Part shown: positions 29,179-38,548 of the stretch, piece after piece
How positions within the stretch are numbered: position 1 is the stretch's first letter
How the letters are laid out: every line of letters begins with the position of its first letter
Assembly (NCBI GenBank): GCA_963725865.1
Contig: CAVSAC010000012.1
Location: 1,024,001-1,088,000, forward strand
Length of the DNA: 64,000 bases
From: Candidatus Eiseniibacteriota bacterium
GTDB taxonomy: Bacteria; Eisenbacteria; RBG-16-71-46
Direction: 5' to 3'
Made by a program: the position numbers and the translations under genes
The notes under the pieces: model-generated
The model's input: only the letters and a program-made list of their open reading frames with translations
Told to the model about the DNA's origin: nothing
Databases searched by the model: none

Positions 29179-31478
29179 GCGTCCATCCTTCCCGCCGGCG
29201 CGGGCACGGGGCCCGCAACCAGCGGCTCCGCGGCGGCGCCGGCAGGGAGGCGTTGCGTGCACCAGCGCCCGAACAGTCGCAGCGCGCGATCGGCGGTGCG
29301 GAAGGTCGGCACCCCACCGTCCTCCAGCCGCTGCGCCATGCGGTCGTAGAGCCGGCCGGCGTCCACCACGGCCACCCAGGGCTTGCGGGTCGCGTGGAAC
29401 AGCCGCACCAGGCGGCCCGCCACCGAGTCCTCGCGATCGACGTCGTCGGAGTGCCCGGCACCCGGCGCGAGCGTGTCGAGCGCGCCAGTCATCGGCACGC
29501 AGCCGATCAGGCCCGCGTCGACCTCGGGATCCTCGAGGACCAGCCGCGCCACCTCCGCGAACCCGGCGTCGCCGAGGATGGGGGTGAGATCGATCGGATC
29601 GCGGATCGCCACGATGTCGGCGAGCCGCGCGCGATCGAGCAGAGCGCCGAGTGCCCCGCGGGTCGCCGGCGTCCATTCGGCGAGCGCGAACGGGCCGAGG
29701 CTGTCGGCGATCGCCACGCACTCGAATCCCGCGTTCGAGAGCGCGCCCAGGCGCAGGCCCGCGGGCGTGCGGCCTTGGAGCATCGCGAACAGCCGCGTGA
29801 GGTCCTCGAAGTCCTCCAGCGTGTCCGCCACCACCACGCCCGCGGACTCGGCGAGCGCGCGCGTCACCGCGTAGTCACCCGCGATCGAGGCCGTATGGCT
29901 GGCCGCCGCGGCGGCGCCCGCGCTCGTGCGGCCGGCGCGGTAGAGCACCACGGTGCGCCCCGACTCCGTGATCGCGCGCGCGAGGGTCACGAACCGCCGG
30001 CCGTCGAGCGGCCGGAAGCCCTCGACGTACACGGCGAACAGCGCGATCGCGGAATCCGCTGCGAGCACCTCGAGGTAGTCCGCGATGGTGAGGTCCATCT
30101 GGTTGCCGATCGAGACCACCACGCGCGGATTGAGCCCTGCCAGCTTGCTGGTCTTGGCGACCGCGAACGCGCCGCTGCCCGAGATCAGCGCCATCGGGCT
30201 CGCGGTCCCGCGCGGCAGCGGCAGCTTGAACTCCGGGATGAACAGCGTGTTCACGCGGCCCGGCACCGAGCGCACGCCCAGGCAGTTGCCTCCGTTCACC
30301 ACCGGGCCGCGCCACGCGGCCCCCCGCGCGCGCGCCAGCGCGGCGCGCATGCGCGCCACCAGCGGCGCGCTCTCGGGACGCTCGTCGAGCCCGCCCGGGA
30401 TGAGGATGATGCTCTCGGCCCGTGCGCCGTCGGCCGCGGCGGCGATCGCGTCGGGCGCCTGCGCGGCCGCGATTGCCAGCACCAGCAGGTCCACGCGCTG
30501 CTCGAGCGCGTCCAGCGCCGGCACGCACCGCACCCCGTCGATCTCCGCGGTGCCGGGCTTGATCACGGTGATGGCGGCGGGATCGAAGCCGTCGCGCAGC
30601 AGGTTCTGCAGGATGATGCGCCCCGGGTTCATGCCCTTCTCGGACACCCCGACGATCGCGACCGTGCGCGGCTCGAGCAGCCGCCGCACCTTTTCGAGCG
30701 GCCGCGGCGGCGCCGGCGCCGGACGGGGTCCGCCGAGCTTCGCGAGCGCGTCGAGCGCCACCAGCCGCCCGCCCGCGAGCACCAGCGGATTGACCTCGAA
30801 CTCGCTCAGCGGCGCCGGGACGAAGCGCTCGGCGAGCCACAGGATGCGGCTCACGACGTCCACCAGACGCGCGCGCGCGAGCCGCGCGGGCTGCCCGCGC
30901 AACGGCTCCGTCACCAGCCGCACCGCGGGCACGCGCGCGAGCGCGCGATCGATCGTGGCCTCGTCGGCGAGCGCGGGGGAGAACACCGCGAGCGCTTCGT
31001 CCGCGCGGAAGCTGCGGGCGAGCAGCTCGGTCGCGACCCCGCCGGCGCTCACCGTGACGACGGCGCCGAAATCCTCGGTCCAGCGCAGGCCCACCAGCAG
31101 CTCGTGTCCGAGCGCGGGGGAGAACGCGACGTGCTCGCTGATCGTGAAGCCTTCGACGTCCGCGGCCGGCAGCCGGCGCTCCATGTCGCGCACCGCGTCC
31201 GTGATCGCCGCGACCGTGTTGGCCACGATCGCCACGCCGCCCACCTCGGTCTTGTGGAGGATGCGCGTGCTGATCACCTTGACGACCGCGCGCTCCCCGG
31301 CAAATGGCGGGGCGACGAGCGCGGCGGCGGCGGCGGCGTCCCGCAACTCGATCCGCCGCGGGACGTCGATCCCGAGCGCCTCGAGCAGCGCCATGCCCGC
31401 GGTCTCGGTGAGCGCACCCGCGGAGTGCGAGCGCGCCGCTTCGAGCACGCGGGCCACGCGGGCCGCGTCGGGAATCAT
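29175..31478 (-). CDS. ADP-forming acyl-CoA synthetase (acetate--CoA ligase family), ATP-grasp domain first
   Basis: 'VKVIS..ILHKTEVGGV', 'EFEVNPL', 'VAIVGVS', 'GGNCLG', 'SIGNQMD', phospho-His motif 'SHTASIAG', 'SNAGFE'. Confidence 0.88.
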   Translation of the reverse strand: MIPDAARVARVLEAARSHSAGALTETAGMALLEALGIDVPRRIELRDAAAAAALVAPPFAGERAVVKVISTRILHKTEVGGVAIVANTVAAITDAVRDMERRLPAADVEGFTISEHVAFSPALGHELLVGLRWTEDFGAVVTVSAGGVATELLARSFRADEALAVFSPALADEATIDRALARVPAVRLVTEPLRGQPARLARARLVDVVSRILWLAERFVPAPLSEFEVNPLVLAGGRLVALDALAKLGGPRPAPAPPRPLEKVRRLLEPRTVAIVGVSEKGMNPGRIILQNLLRDGFDPAAITVIKPGTAEIDGVRCVPALDALEQRVDLLVLAIAAAQAPDAIAAAADGARAESIILIPGGLDERPESAPLVARMRAALARARGAAWRGPVVNGGNCLGVRSVPGRVNTLFIPEFKLPLPRGTASPMALISGSGAFAVAKTSKLAGLNPRVVVSIGNQMDLTIADYLEVLAADSAIALFAVYVEGFRPLDGRRFVTLARAITESGRTVVLYRAGRTSAGAAAAASHTASIAGDYAVTRALAESAGVVVADTLEDFEDLTRLFAMLQGRTPAGLRLGALSNAGFECVAIADSLGPFALAEWTPATRGALGALLDRARLADIVAIRDPIDLTPILGDAGFAEVARLVLEDPEVDAGLIGCVPMTGALDTLAPGAGHSDDVDREDSVAGRLVRLFHATRKPWVAVVDAGRLYDRMAQRLEDGGVPTFRTADRALRLFGRWCTQRLPAGAAAEPLVAGPVPAPAGRMDA

Positions 31479-32047
31479 GCGGCGCCTTCGCGGGCGCGCC
31501 GGAACGCCGCGCGGTTGAGCTCGACGACCCGTTCGCCCTTGGCCTTGAAGGTCGCGTGCACCGCCTGCTCGAGCGCGGCGGCCGTGAGCGGGAGCAGGTC
31601 CGCGACGCTGCCCACCATGACGGTGTTCACCGCCTGCACGTCCCCGGCCTCGTAGGCGATGCGCTCGGCCTCCACGGTGCGCGAGCGGGGCAGCCCCCGC
31701 ACGGTGGCGAGCAGCCCGTCCATCGCCGGATAGTCGGGGATGTTCACGACCGCGTCGACGGCGGTCACCAGCGAGCCCCGCGGCGACAGGTACGCGACGT
31801 AGCGCAGGCTCTCGAGCGGCTCCATCGACAGGATGAGGTCGGCCGTGCCCTGCGGGATGAGGTCCGAGTCGATCGGGTGGTCGGCGAGCCGCAGGTGCGC
31901 CACCACCGCGCCGCCGCGCTGCGACATGCCGTGCACCTCGGACTGCTTGACCTGGAGGCCATCGATCGCGGCCGCGCGGCCGATGATGGCGGCCATACTG
32001 AGTACGCCCTGGCCGCCCACGCCCGCGAGGATGATGTCGTAGTTCAC
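31475..32047 (-). CDS. iorB: Indolepyruvate:ferredoxin oxidoreductase beta subunit
   Basis: 'GVGGQGVL', 'SEVHGMSQRGGAV', 'EPLESLRY'. Confidence 0.93.
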   Translation of the reverse strand: MNYDIILAGVGGQGVLSMAAIIGRAAAIDGLQVKQSEVHGMSQRGGAVVAHLRLADHPIDSDLIPQGTADLILSMEPLESLRYVAYLSPRGSLVTAVDAVVNIPDYPAMDGLLATVRGLPRSRTVEAERIAYEAGDVQAVNTVMVGSVADLLPLTAAALEQAVHATFKAKGERVVELNRAAFRRAREGAA

Positions 32048-33654
32048 GCCGGGACCTCCGCCTCACGCCGCTTGCGCTTCGCGGTCTGTACGCATTCCTT
32101 CACCGCCACCACGACCGAGAGGCCGTGGTGCTCGATCTCCTCCCGCAGCAGCGCGGCGTTCTGCTTCAGGAGCTTCGGGGTGGCTTCGATCAGCCGGCAG
32201 TGCGCCGGATCCACCCCGACGCCCAGCACGATCGCATGCAGGCGGGAGGCGGGCAGCAGCGGCTGCTGGCCGCCGGTCATCGCGGTGGCCTCGTTGTCGA
32301 GGATGAGCACCGTCATGTCGGTGTCCTCGGCGACCGCGTCGAGCAGGGGCGTGATGCCCGAGTGCAGGAACGTGCTGTCGCCGATCACCGCCACCACCGG
32401 CCGATAGCCGGCGTCGGCCGCGCCCTTCGCCATCCCGATCGAAGCGCCCATGCAGACGCACGACTCGATCGCGGAGTAGGGCGGCAGCGCGCCAAGCGTG
32501 TAGCAGCCGATGTCGGCCGTCACCATGTGCGCGTCGATTCCCTCCATCGCGCGGTGCAGCGCGTGGTACATGGTGCCGTGCGCGCAGCCCGCGCACAGCT
32601 GCGGCGGGCGGTTGGGGAGCGCCACCCCGTTCAGGTTCATCACCTCGCGAGCGGGCAGCCCGAGGGCGGCGCGCACGTTCTCGGGGGTCAGCTCGCCGTC
32701 GGGCGGCAGTGTGCCGTCCATGCGCCCGCGCACCTCGAGCGTCTGCGGCAGGAGCCCGCGCAGCTGGCGCTCGACGAACGGGTAGCCGTCCTCGAGCACC
32801 AGGATACGCGCGACGTGGGCGGCGAGACGGCGGATCGCCGCGATGGGCAGCGGCGAGGTGCCGATGTGCAGGTGCGACGGGGCGTGCGGCAGCTCGCCGA
32901 CGGTCTCGCGGAAGTAGCCGCGGGCGATGCCGCAGGTGATCACGCCGAGCGCGCGATCGCCCTCCTCCAGCACGAGCGTGTTCCAGCGGGAGCGCTCGCT
33001 GGTGGCGAGCAGCTCGGGCTGGCGCTCGAGCAGCGCCCGCCACTGGCGCCGGGCGTTGCCGGGCAGCAGGATCCACGACTGGCGCGCGGGCGCGCGGCGG
33101 ATCGGGTTCGGCTCGCGTGGCTCGCCCACCTCGATCACCGTGCGGCTGTGCGCGAGGCGGGTCACCAGGCGCACCATCACCGGGATACGGAATCGCTCGG
33201 ACAGGTCGAAGGCCTCGACGGTCATGTCGTAGGCCTCCTGCTGGTCCGCCGGCTCGAGGCACACGATGCGCGCGAAGTCGGCGTAGAAGCGGCTGTCCTG
33301 CTCGTTCTGGGACGAGTGCATGCCGGGATCGTCGGCCACCGCGAGCACCAGCCCGCCGTGGACGTCGACGAGCGCGGCGTTCATGAACGGATCGGCGGCC
33401 ACGTTGAGGCCGACGTGCTTCATCGCGACCAGGGCGCGCCGGCCGGCGAAGGCGGTGCCCAGCGCGCATTCGAACGCTGTCTTCTCGTTGGCGCACCAGT
33501 TGGCATGGAGCCCGGCGTGCTCCGCTCGGTAGGACTGCAGGGCTTCCATGATCTCGGTGGACGGCGTGCCGGGGTAGGCGTATGCGGCGCTCAGCCCGGC
33601 GTGGACCGCGCCGAGCGCGACGGCCTCATCTCCGAGCAAGATCCTCTGGGTCAT
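32044..33654 (-). CDS. iorA: Indolepyruvate:ferredoxin oxidoreductase alpha subunit (TPP-binding)
   Basis: 'LGDEAVA', 'YPGTPSTEI', 'NEK.A.E', 'MKHVGLNVAADP', 'DDPGMHSSQNEQD', 'RPPQLCAGC.H', 'DIGCYTLG', 'GDSTFLHSG'. Confidence 0.93.
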   Translation of the reverse strand: MTQRILLGDEAVALGAVHAGLSAAYAYPGTPSTEIMEALQSYRAEHAGLHANWCANEKTAFECALGTAFAGRRALVAMKHVGLNVAADPFMNAALVDVHGGLVLAVADDPGMHSSQNEQDSRFYADFARIVCLEPADQQEAYDMTVEAFDLSERFRIPVMVRLVTRLAHSRTVIEVGEPREPNPIRRAPARQSWILLPGNARRQWRALLERQPELLATSERSRWNTLVLEEGDRALGVITCGIARGYFRETVGELPHAPSHLHIGTSPLPIAAIRRLAAHVARILVLEDGYPFVERQLRGLLPQTLEVRGRMDGTLPPDGELTPENVRAALGLPAREVMNLNGVALPNRPPQLCAGCAHGTMYHALHRAMEGIDAHMVTADIGCYTLGALPPYSAIESCVCMGASIGMAKGAADAGYRPVVAVIGDSTFLHSGITPLLDAVAEDTDMTVLILDNEATAMTGGQQPLLPASRLHAIVLGVGVDPAHCRLIEATPKLLKQNAALLREEIEHHGLSVVVAVKECVQTAKRKRREAEVPA

Positions 33655-33785
33655 GCGAAGCCTCCGTGCGGGGGCGAGGGGCCCTGCGCGCCCCAGATTA
33701 GGCGCTGGCGCGACCCGGCACAACCGCGGCCCGGCGGCGCGGAACGCCCCCGGACCGCTCCCGCGCCGCGCGCCGACCCGACGGC

Positions 33786-34934
33786 TCAGTCGACCCCGAC
33801 GGTCTCCGTGACCATCACGTTCGTCGCCACGCCGGGGCCGAAGAAGCGGCTCTCCAGCTCCGCCCACTTCCATTCGCTCTGGCCGTTCGCCTCGAGTTCC
33901 TTGCGCGAGCGGGCGATCTCGTCCTGGTACCACGCGACCACCGGCTTGCCGATGCGCAGGCCGTCGAGCTCGGCCGCCAGGTTGCTGGGACGCACCAGGC
34001 AGACCCAGCCGCGATCGTAGGGGCTCTGGACGATCAGCGAGGCGGAGCCCTTCAGGGCCTCGTTCACCTGGGTGATCTCACCGCTGATGGGGGCGAGCAG
34101 GTGCGCCACCTGGGCGCCGCGGCGCACGGTGAACAGCGGCTCGCCGCGCCGGACCGTCGTGCCGACCGCCGGCACTTCGACGCGGTCGACGGCTTTCAGG
34201 TGCTTGCGCGCGAAGTCGTCCATCCCGGTCCACACCTGGCCGGCCGGGTCGATGCGGGCCCAGGTGTGTCCCGGGTACACGAACGCGCCGCCGGGCACGC
34301 AGTACTCGCCACTGGCGACCACCTCGGCCACCGCGGGCGCGACCACCCGGACGGTCGGGCGCCGCTGCGCCTCCATGCGGGCCTCGCGCTTGATGACGAG
34401 CCGGTTCGTGATCGCGACCAGCTCCTCCTCGGTGAACGGCTTCTGCACGTAGTCGATCGCGCCGAACTGCATGGTCTCGACCGCGGTCTCGATGGTGCCG
34501 TAGCCGGTGATCACCACGACGTCCATGTCCGGACGCAGGTGCTTCGCGGCCTTGACCACCTCGACTCCGTTCATCACCGGCATCTTGAGATCGGTGAACA
34601 GGAAGTCGTAGTCGCGGGCCCGCAGCAGCGACAGCGCCTCGGGACCGTTGTCCACGGTGTCGACGCTGAAGCCCGCGAGCACCAGGATCTTGCGGAAGCT
34701 GTCGAGGATGATGTGCTCGTCGTCGACCGCCAGGATGCGGGCCCGCGCCTGCGGCACCTCGGCGCGCTGGAGGCTCTTCGCCTCGTCCGCGAACGTCAGT
34801 TGGACGGAACTCTTCAGGACGGCCTCGCGTTCTCGATGCTGGCGCGCGGCCTCCATCCGCTTGGTGGTCGACCGCACGACGAGGTCGGCGACGACGAAGG
34901 CGACGAACAGCAGGATGATCAGGACGGCGGTCAT
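33786..34934 (-). CDS. Membrane-anchored response regulator fused to a glycine-cleavage-H-like domain lacking the lipoyl Lys
   Basis: N-terminal TM helix; receiver (VDDE, TDLKMP, ITGY, QKPF); C-terminal 'HTWA....VWTGMDDFA', 'LAPISGEITQVN', 'SPYDRGW'. Confidence 0.85.
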   Translation of the reverse strand: MTAVLIILLFVAFVVADLVVRSTTKRMEAARQHREREAVLKSSVQLTFADEAKSLQRAEVPQARARILAVDDEHIILDSFRKILVLAGFSVDTVDNGPEALSLLRARDYDFLFTDLKMPVMNGVEVVKAAKHLRPDMDVVVITGYGTIETAVETMQFGAIDYVQKPFTEEELVAITNRLVIKREARMEAQRRPTVRVVAPAVAEVVASGEYCVPGGAFVYPGHTWARIDPAGQVWTGMDDFARKHLKAVDRVEVPAVGTTVRRGEPLFTVRRGAQVAHLLAPISGEITQVNEALKGSASLIVQSPYDRGWVCLVRPSNLAAELDGLRIGKPVVAWYQDEIARSRKELEANGQSEWKWAELESRFFGPGVATNVMVTETVGVD

Positions 34935-35329
34935 GACGTGGGTTCCTCACCGGCGACGTCCGGGTGGGACAGGACGTGCCGAACCAGGGTCAGCAACTCG
35001 GAATCGTCGAAAGGCTTGGGCAGGAACGCCGTCGCCCCCGCGGAGAGGACCAGCTCCTCGTGGGCGGGCGTGGCGTACCCGGTGATCATCACGATCGGCA
35101 ACCGCGGACGGCGCTCGCGCACCGCCTGCAGCACTTCGAGGCCCGAACGTCCGGGCAACATCAGATCGCAGATGAGGAGTCGACAGTGATCGAGGGCCGG
35201 ATGCGCGAGCGCGGTCTCGGCGTCGGGCACGGTGGTGACCTCGAATCCCTCGTAGCGCAGCACCATGCGGACGGCTTCCGTCACGACCGGCTCGTCGTCG
35301 ACCACGAGCACATCGCATGCATCGGTCAC
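34931..35329 (-). CDS. Single-domain response regulator
   Basis: VVDDE, CDLMLP, ITGY, LPKPF; GTGA and ATGA overlaps with its neighbours. Confidence 0.88.
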   Translation of the reverse strand: MTDACDVLVVDDEPVVTEAVRMVLRYEGFEVTTVPDAETALAHPALDHCRLLICDLMLPGRSGLEVLQAVRERRPRLPIVMITGYATPAHEELVLSAGATAFLPKPFDDSELLTLVRHVLSHPDVAGEEPTS

Positions 35330-37368
35330 GGCGTACCTCCCGGTTCCTGCGGAGTGGTGCCGCTCGCGGGCGTCGCCGACCGCGGCGCGACCGGCGCCAC
35401 GAGACCGGGTCCCGTCATGCCGCGGGCGTCGGGCATCGGGACGCGGCGGGGGGCGTTCGCCGGATCGGCGCCGGGCGCGCCCGGACCGGCCGGCTCGGCG
35501 ACCTCGAATGGGAGTCGGACGGTGAAGCGGGTGCCCTGGCCGGGCTCGCTCTGGACCGTGATCGCGCCACCGTGCCCCTCGATGATGCCCCACGTCACGG
35601 CCAGGCCGAGCCCGGTGCCGCGCGTGCCCTTGGTCGAGAAGAAGGGCTCGAAGATCCGGTCCATCTCCTCCGGCGTGATGCCACGCCCGGTGTCCGAGAC
35701 CTCGATCTGCGCGAAGGGCCGCGGACCGCGCGCGTCCATCGCCGCCCAGTGGCCGCCGTGGCAGCCCTTGCGCGTGCACCACTCCACCTGGCCGAGGCCG
35801 GCGACCTGCACGGCGAACAAGGGGGCTCCGCATTCGTCGCAGCGACGGTCGGGCACCTCGAGCTTGGCGCGGCAGGTGGGGCACATGTGGGTCCCGATCA
35901 CGCCCTCCTCGCAGGGCTCCGCCGCGCGGTGGTTCGCGCGCCCGTACAGCGGGTCGAGGTGGAAGACGACCTCGCGGTCCCCGGTGCGGCGCAGCACGCG
36001 GATGGTCGGCACGCCCGAGAGGCGCACGCTCTTGTCGAGCAGATCGCAGCCCTTGGGACACGCCGCGGCGCGGATGAGGGCGTTCCCGCGCGGCATCACG
36101 TCGATCGCCGACGTGCGCACCGAGATGGAGCCGCCCTGCGACGCGTCGTTCCCGGCGATGGCGTCGGCCGCATTGAGCACCAGGTTCACCATCACCTGCT
36201 GGATCTGATTGGCGTCGATCGGCACCGGGGGCAGGTCGGGATCGAGCTCGAGGCCGATGTTCACGCGCGCGAGCGTGAGCTGGTTCATGACGATGGTGGT
36301 CGCGCGCTTGACCACGTCGCGCAGGTCGGTGAGCTGGCGGTGGGGTGGGGTCTGGCGCGCGAAATCGAGCAGGCCGCGCACGATCTCACGGCAGCGCTTG
36401 GTCTCGCGCACGATCACCTCGAGGTCCGCGCTGGCCTCGGTGTTCCCCTCCGAGCGCTTGAGCAGGAACGACGCGTACGTGAGCACGCCCGTCAGCGGGT
36501 TGTTGATCTCGTGGGCCACCCCGGCCGCGAGCCGCCCGACCGAGGCGAGCTTGTCGGACTGCGCGAGCTGACGCTGCGCCTCGCTCAGGCGCTTCGTCAT
36601 GTCGTTGAATGCGCGTGCGAGATCGCCCAGCTCGTGTCCCGCGGTGGCGGGGATGGTGGTCGAGAGATCGCCGGCCGCCACGCGCCGGGTGCCCGCGATC
36701 AGCGCGCGCACCGGGCGCAGGATCAGTTTCCCGCTCAGCCACCACAGCAGCAGGCTGCTCGCCGCGATGGCGAGAACCGCGAGCAGGATCAGCTGGCTTC
36801 GGTCGTGGGCGATCTGGCGATCGGCGTTGGCGAGCGAGAGGTTCACGTCGAGCACGCCCAGCACCACTTCGCTGCGGGAGTGGGCATGGCAGGCGGCGTT
36901 CCAGCAGCTCCGCTCGTTGTGGATCGGGCGGATCATGCCGAGCACGCGGTGGCCGTCGGTCGCCCGGTAGACGCGCGCGCGGGCGTGCATCGGCAGCCGC
37001 TCGAGCGGGCGGCCCGCCGCGTGGCACGCGTAGCAGGCCTCCGCGTTCTTGTCGAGGGCGCGGCCGATCTCGGCCTCGTCGGTCGAGAACATCACCGTGC
37101 CCACCTTGTTGAACAGCCGGACCTTCTCGATGCCCTCCTGGTGGCCGATGGTGACGATCTGGCGGTGGACCGCGTCGCGCTGATTCGCGAGCATGTCGTA
37201 GTACATGCTGCTCGCGATGGTCTCGCTCAACTGGTCCGCGCCGCGCGTGAGCTGGGCGATCAACGCCCCCTGGTGGGCGTTGATGATGACGCCGGACATC
37301 AGGCTGATGACCAGTGCGGTCACCAGCGCGACTCCCAGGATCGCCAACGTGCCGATGCCCGGCCTCAT
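35326..37368 (-). CDS. Sensor histidine kinase with periplasmic CxxCH motif, HAMP, and a Cys-rich insertion in the ATPase domain
   Basis: Two TMs; CYACH and CWNAACH; AHEINNPL; N-box 'NLVLNAADA'; DTGRGI, FEPFFSTK, GTGLGL. Confidence 0.9.
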   Translation of the reverse strand: MRPGIGTLAILGVALVTALVISLMSGVIINAHQGALIAQLTRGADQLSETIASSMYYDMLANQRDAVHRQIVTIGHQEGIEKVRLFNKVGTVMFSTDEAEIGRALDKNAEACYACHAAGRPLERLPMHARARVYRATDGHRVLGMIRPIHNERSCWNAACHAHSRSEVVLGVLDVNLSLANADRQIAHDRSQLILLAVLAIAASSLLLWWLSGKLILRPVRALIAGTRRVAAGDLSTTIPATAGHELGDLARAFNDMTKRLSEAQRQLAQSDKLASVGRLAAGVAHEINNPLTGVLTYASFLLKRSEGNTEASADLEVIVRETKRCREIVRGLLDFARQTPPHRQLTDLRDVVKRATTIVMNQLTLARVNIGLELDPDLPPVPIDANQIQQVMVNLVLNAADAIAGNDASQGGSISVRTSAIDVMPRGNALIRAAACPKGCDLLDKSVRLSGVPTIRVLRRTGDREVVFHLDPLYGRANHRAAEPCEEGVIGTHMCPTCRAKLEVPDRRCDECGAPLFAVQVAGLGQVEWCTRKGCHGGHWAAMDARGPRPFAQIEVSDTGRGITPEEMDRIFEPFFSTKGTRGTGLGLAVTWGIIEGHGGAITVQSEPGQGTRFTVRLPFEVAEPAGPGAPGADPANAPRRVPMPDARGMTGPGLVAPVAPRSATPASGTTPQEPGGTP

Positions 37369-37372
37369 CGCG

Positions 37373-38548
37373 TCACCCCCGCGCCGACCGGGCCGGCGCC
37401 GGGCGGGAACCGGCCCCCGCGCCGTGCTCGGGGAAGATGGGGAGGTACCGCACCGCCAGGGCGAACGCCGCGAATCCGATCGCGACCAGTCCGACCGACA
37501 CCACGACCTCCATCCACGTCGGGGTGTAGTGGACACCGCTCGATCGCTCGAACGCCGTCACGCTGACGTTGAGCCGGTGCATGATGAAGCCGAGCACCGC
37601 GAGCGTGGCGCCCGCCACCAGCCCGCGCGGCGAGGTGCGGATGCGCGGCCACACGAGCAAGGCGATCGGCAGGATCACGCCGAGCCCGAATTCGGCCTGG
37701 AACATCCGCGATTCGTAGGTGGAGGCGAACGCGAGGTGGAGGACGCCGGCGCCCGCCAGCATCTGCAGGCGCAGCACGCCGAACAGCGCGAGCACGACCA
37801 CCATCGCGCGGCCCAGCGGCTCGAGCAGCTCCATCTCGAGCTCGCGCCCGAACGCGCGGCCGCTCAGGTAGGACTCGGCGATGATCATGCCGAGGCCCGC
37901 ACCGATCGCCGAGACGTAGAACTGCACCGGCAGGTACGGCGAGTACCAGAGCGGGTGCAGCTTCTCGGGCGTGATGAGGTAGAGCGACCCGAGCGACGAC
38001 TGGTGCAGCGTGGAGAGCAGCACGCCCAGGATGACGAGCGGCGTGTTCAGGTTGTGCAGGAACCTGCGGGCGCCGTCGAGCCGGAACCGTTCGAAGATCA
38101 CCGGCATGAACTCGAGCGTGAGCACCGTCGTGTAGAGCATCACGCACCACGCGACCTCGAACATCACCGAGTGCGGGTTCCAGAACACGGCCGCGTGCCA
38201 GATCCGCCACGGCTGGCCGAGGTCGAACATCAGCGCGATGCAGACGAACACGTAGCCGAGGAATCCTGTCAGCACGGTGGGACGGACGATCGGCTCGAAG
38301 CGGTGGATGTTGAACAGGTGGACCGTCGCCATGATGGTGAACGCGCCGGCAGCGAGGCCGACGCCGCACAGGATGTCGAAGCCGATCCACAGCCCCCACG
38401 GGAACTGGTCGCTCAGGTTCGTCGTCGCGCCCAGCCCTTTCGAGAAGCGCAGGAACGTGACGTACAGGAACGCCGCGAGGATGACGAAGAAGACGGCCAC
38501 CCAGAAGCTCGGCCGCGCCCGGCGCGGTGCGCTCAGTGCGACGCTCAT
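37373..38548 (-). CDS. NrfD/PsrC-family membrane protein (HybB/HmcC-like)
   Basis: 'GLGATTNLSD.FPWGLWIGFD', 'DLGQPWR', 'SVMFEVAWC', 'LSTLHQSSLGSL', 'LHPLW', 'RLNV'. Confidence 0.9.
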   Translation of the reverse strand: MSVALSAPRRARPSFWVAVFFVILAAFLYVTFLRFSKGLGATTNLSDQFPWGLWIGFDILCGVGLAAGAFTIMATVHLFNIHRFEPIVRPTVLTGFLGYVFVCIALMFDLGQPWRIWHAAVFWNPHSVMFEVAWCVMLYTTVLTLEFMPVIFERFRLDGARRFLHNLNTPLVILGVLLSTLHQSSLGSLYLITPEKLHPLWYSPYLPVQFYVSAIGAGLGMIIAESYLSGRAFGRELEMELLEPLGRAMVVVLALFGVLRLQMLAGAGVLHLAFASTYESRMFQAEFGLGVILPIALLVWPRIRTSPRGLVAGATLAVLGFIMHRLNVSVTAFERSSGVHYTPTWMEVVVSVGLVAIGFAAFALAVRYLPIFPEHGAGAGSRPAPARSARG

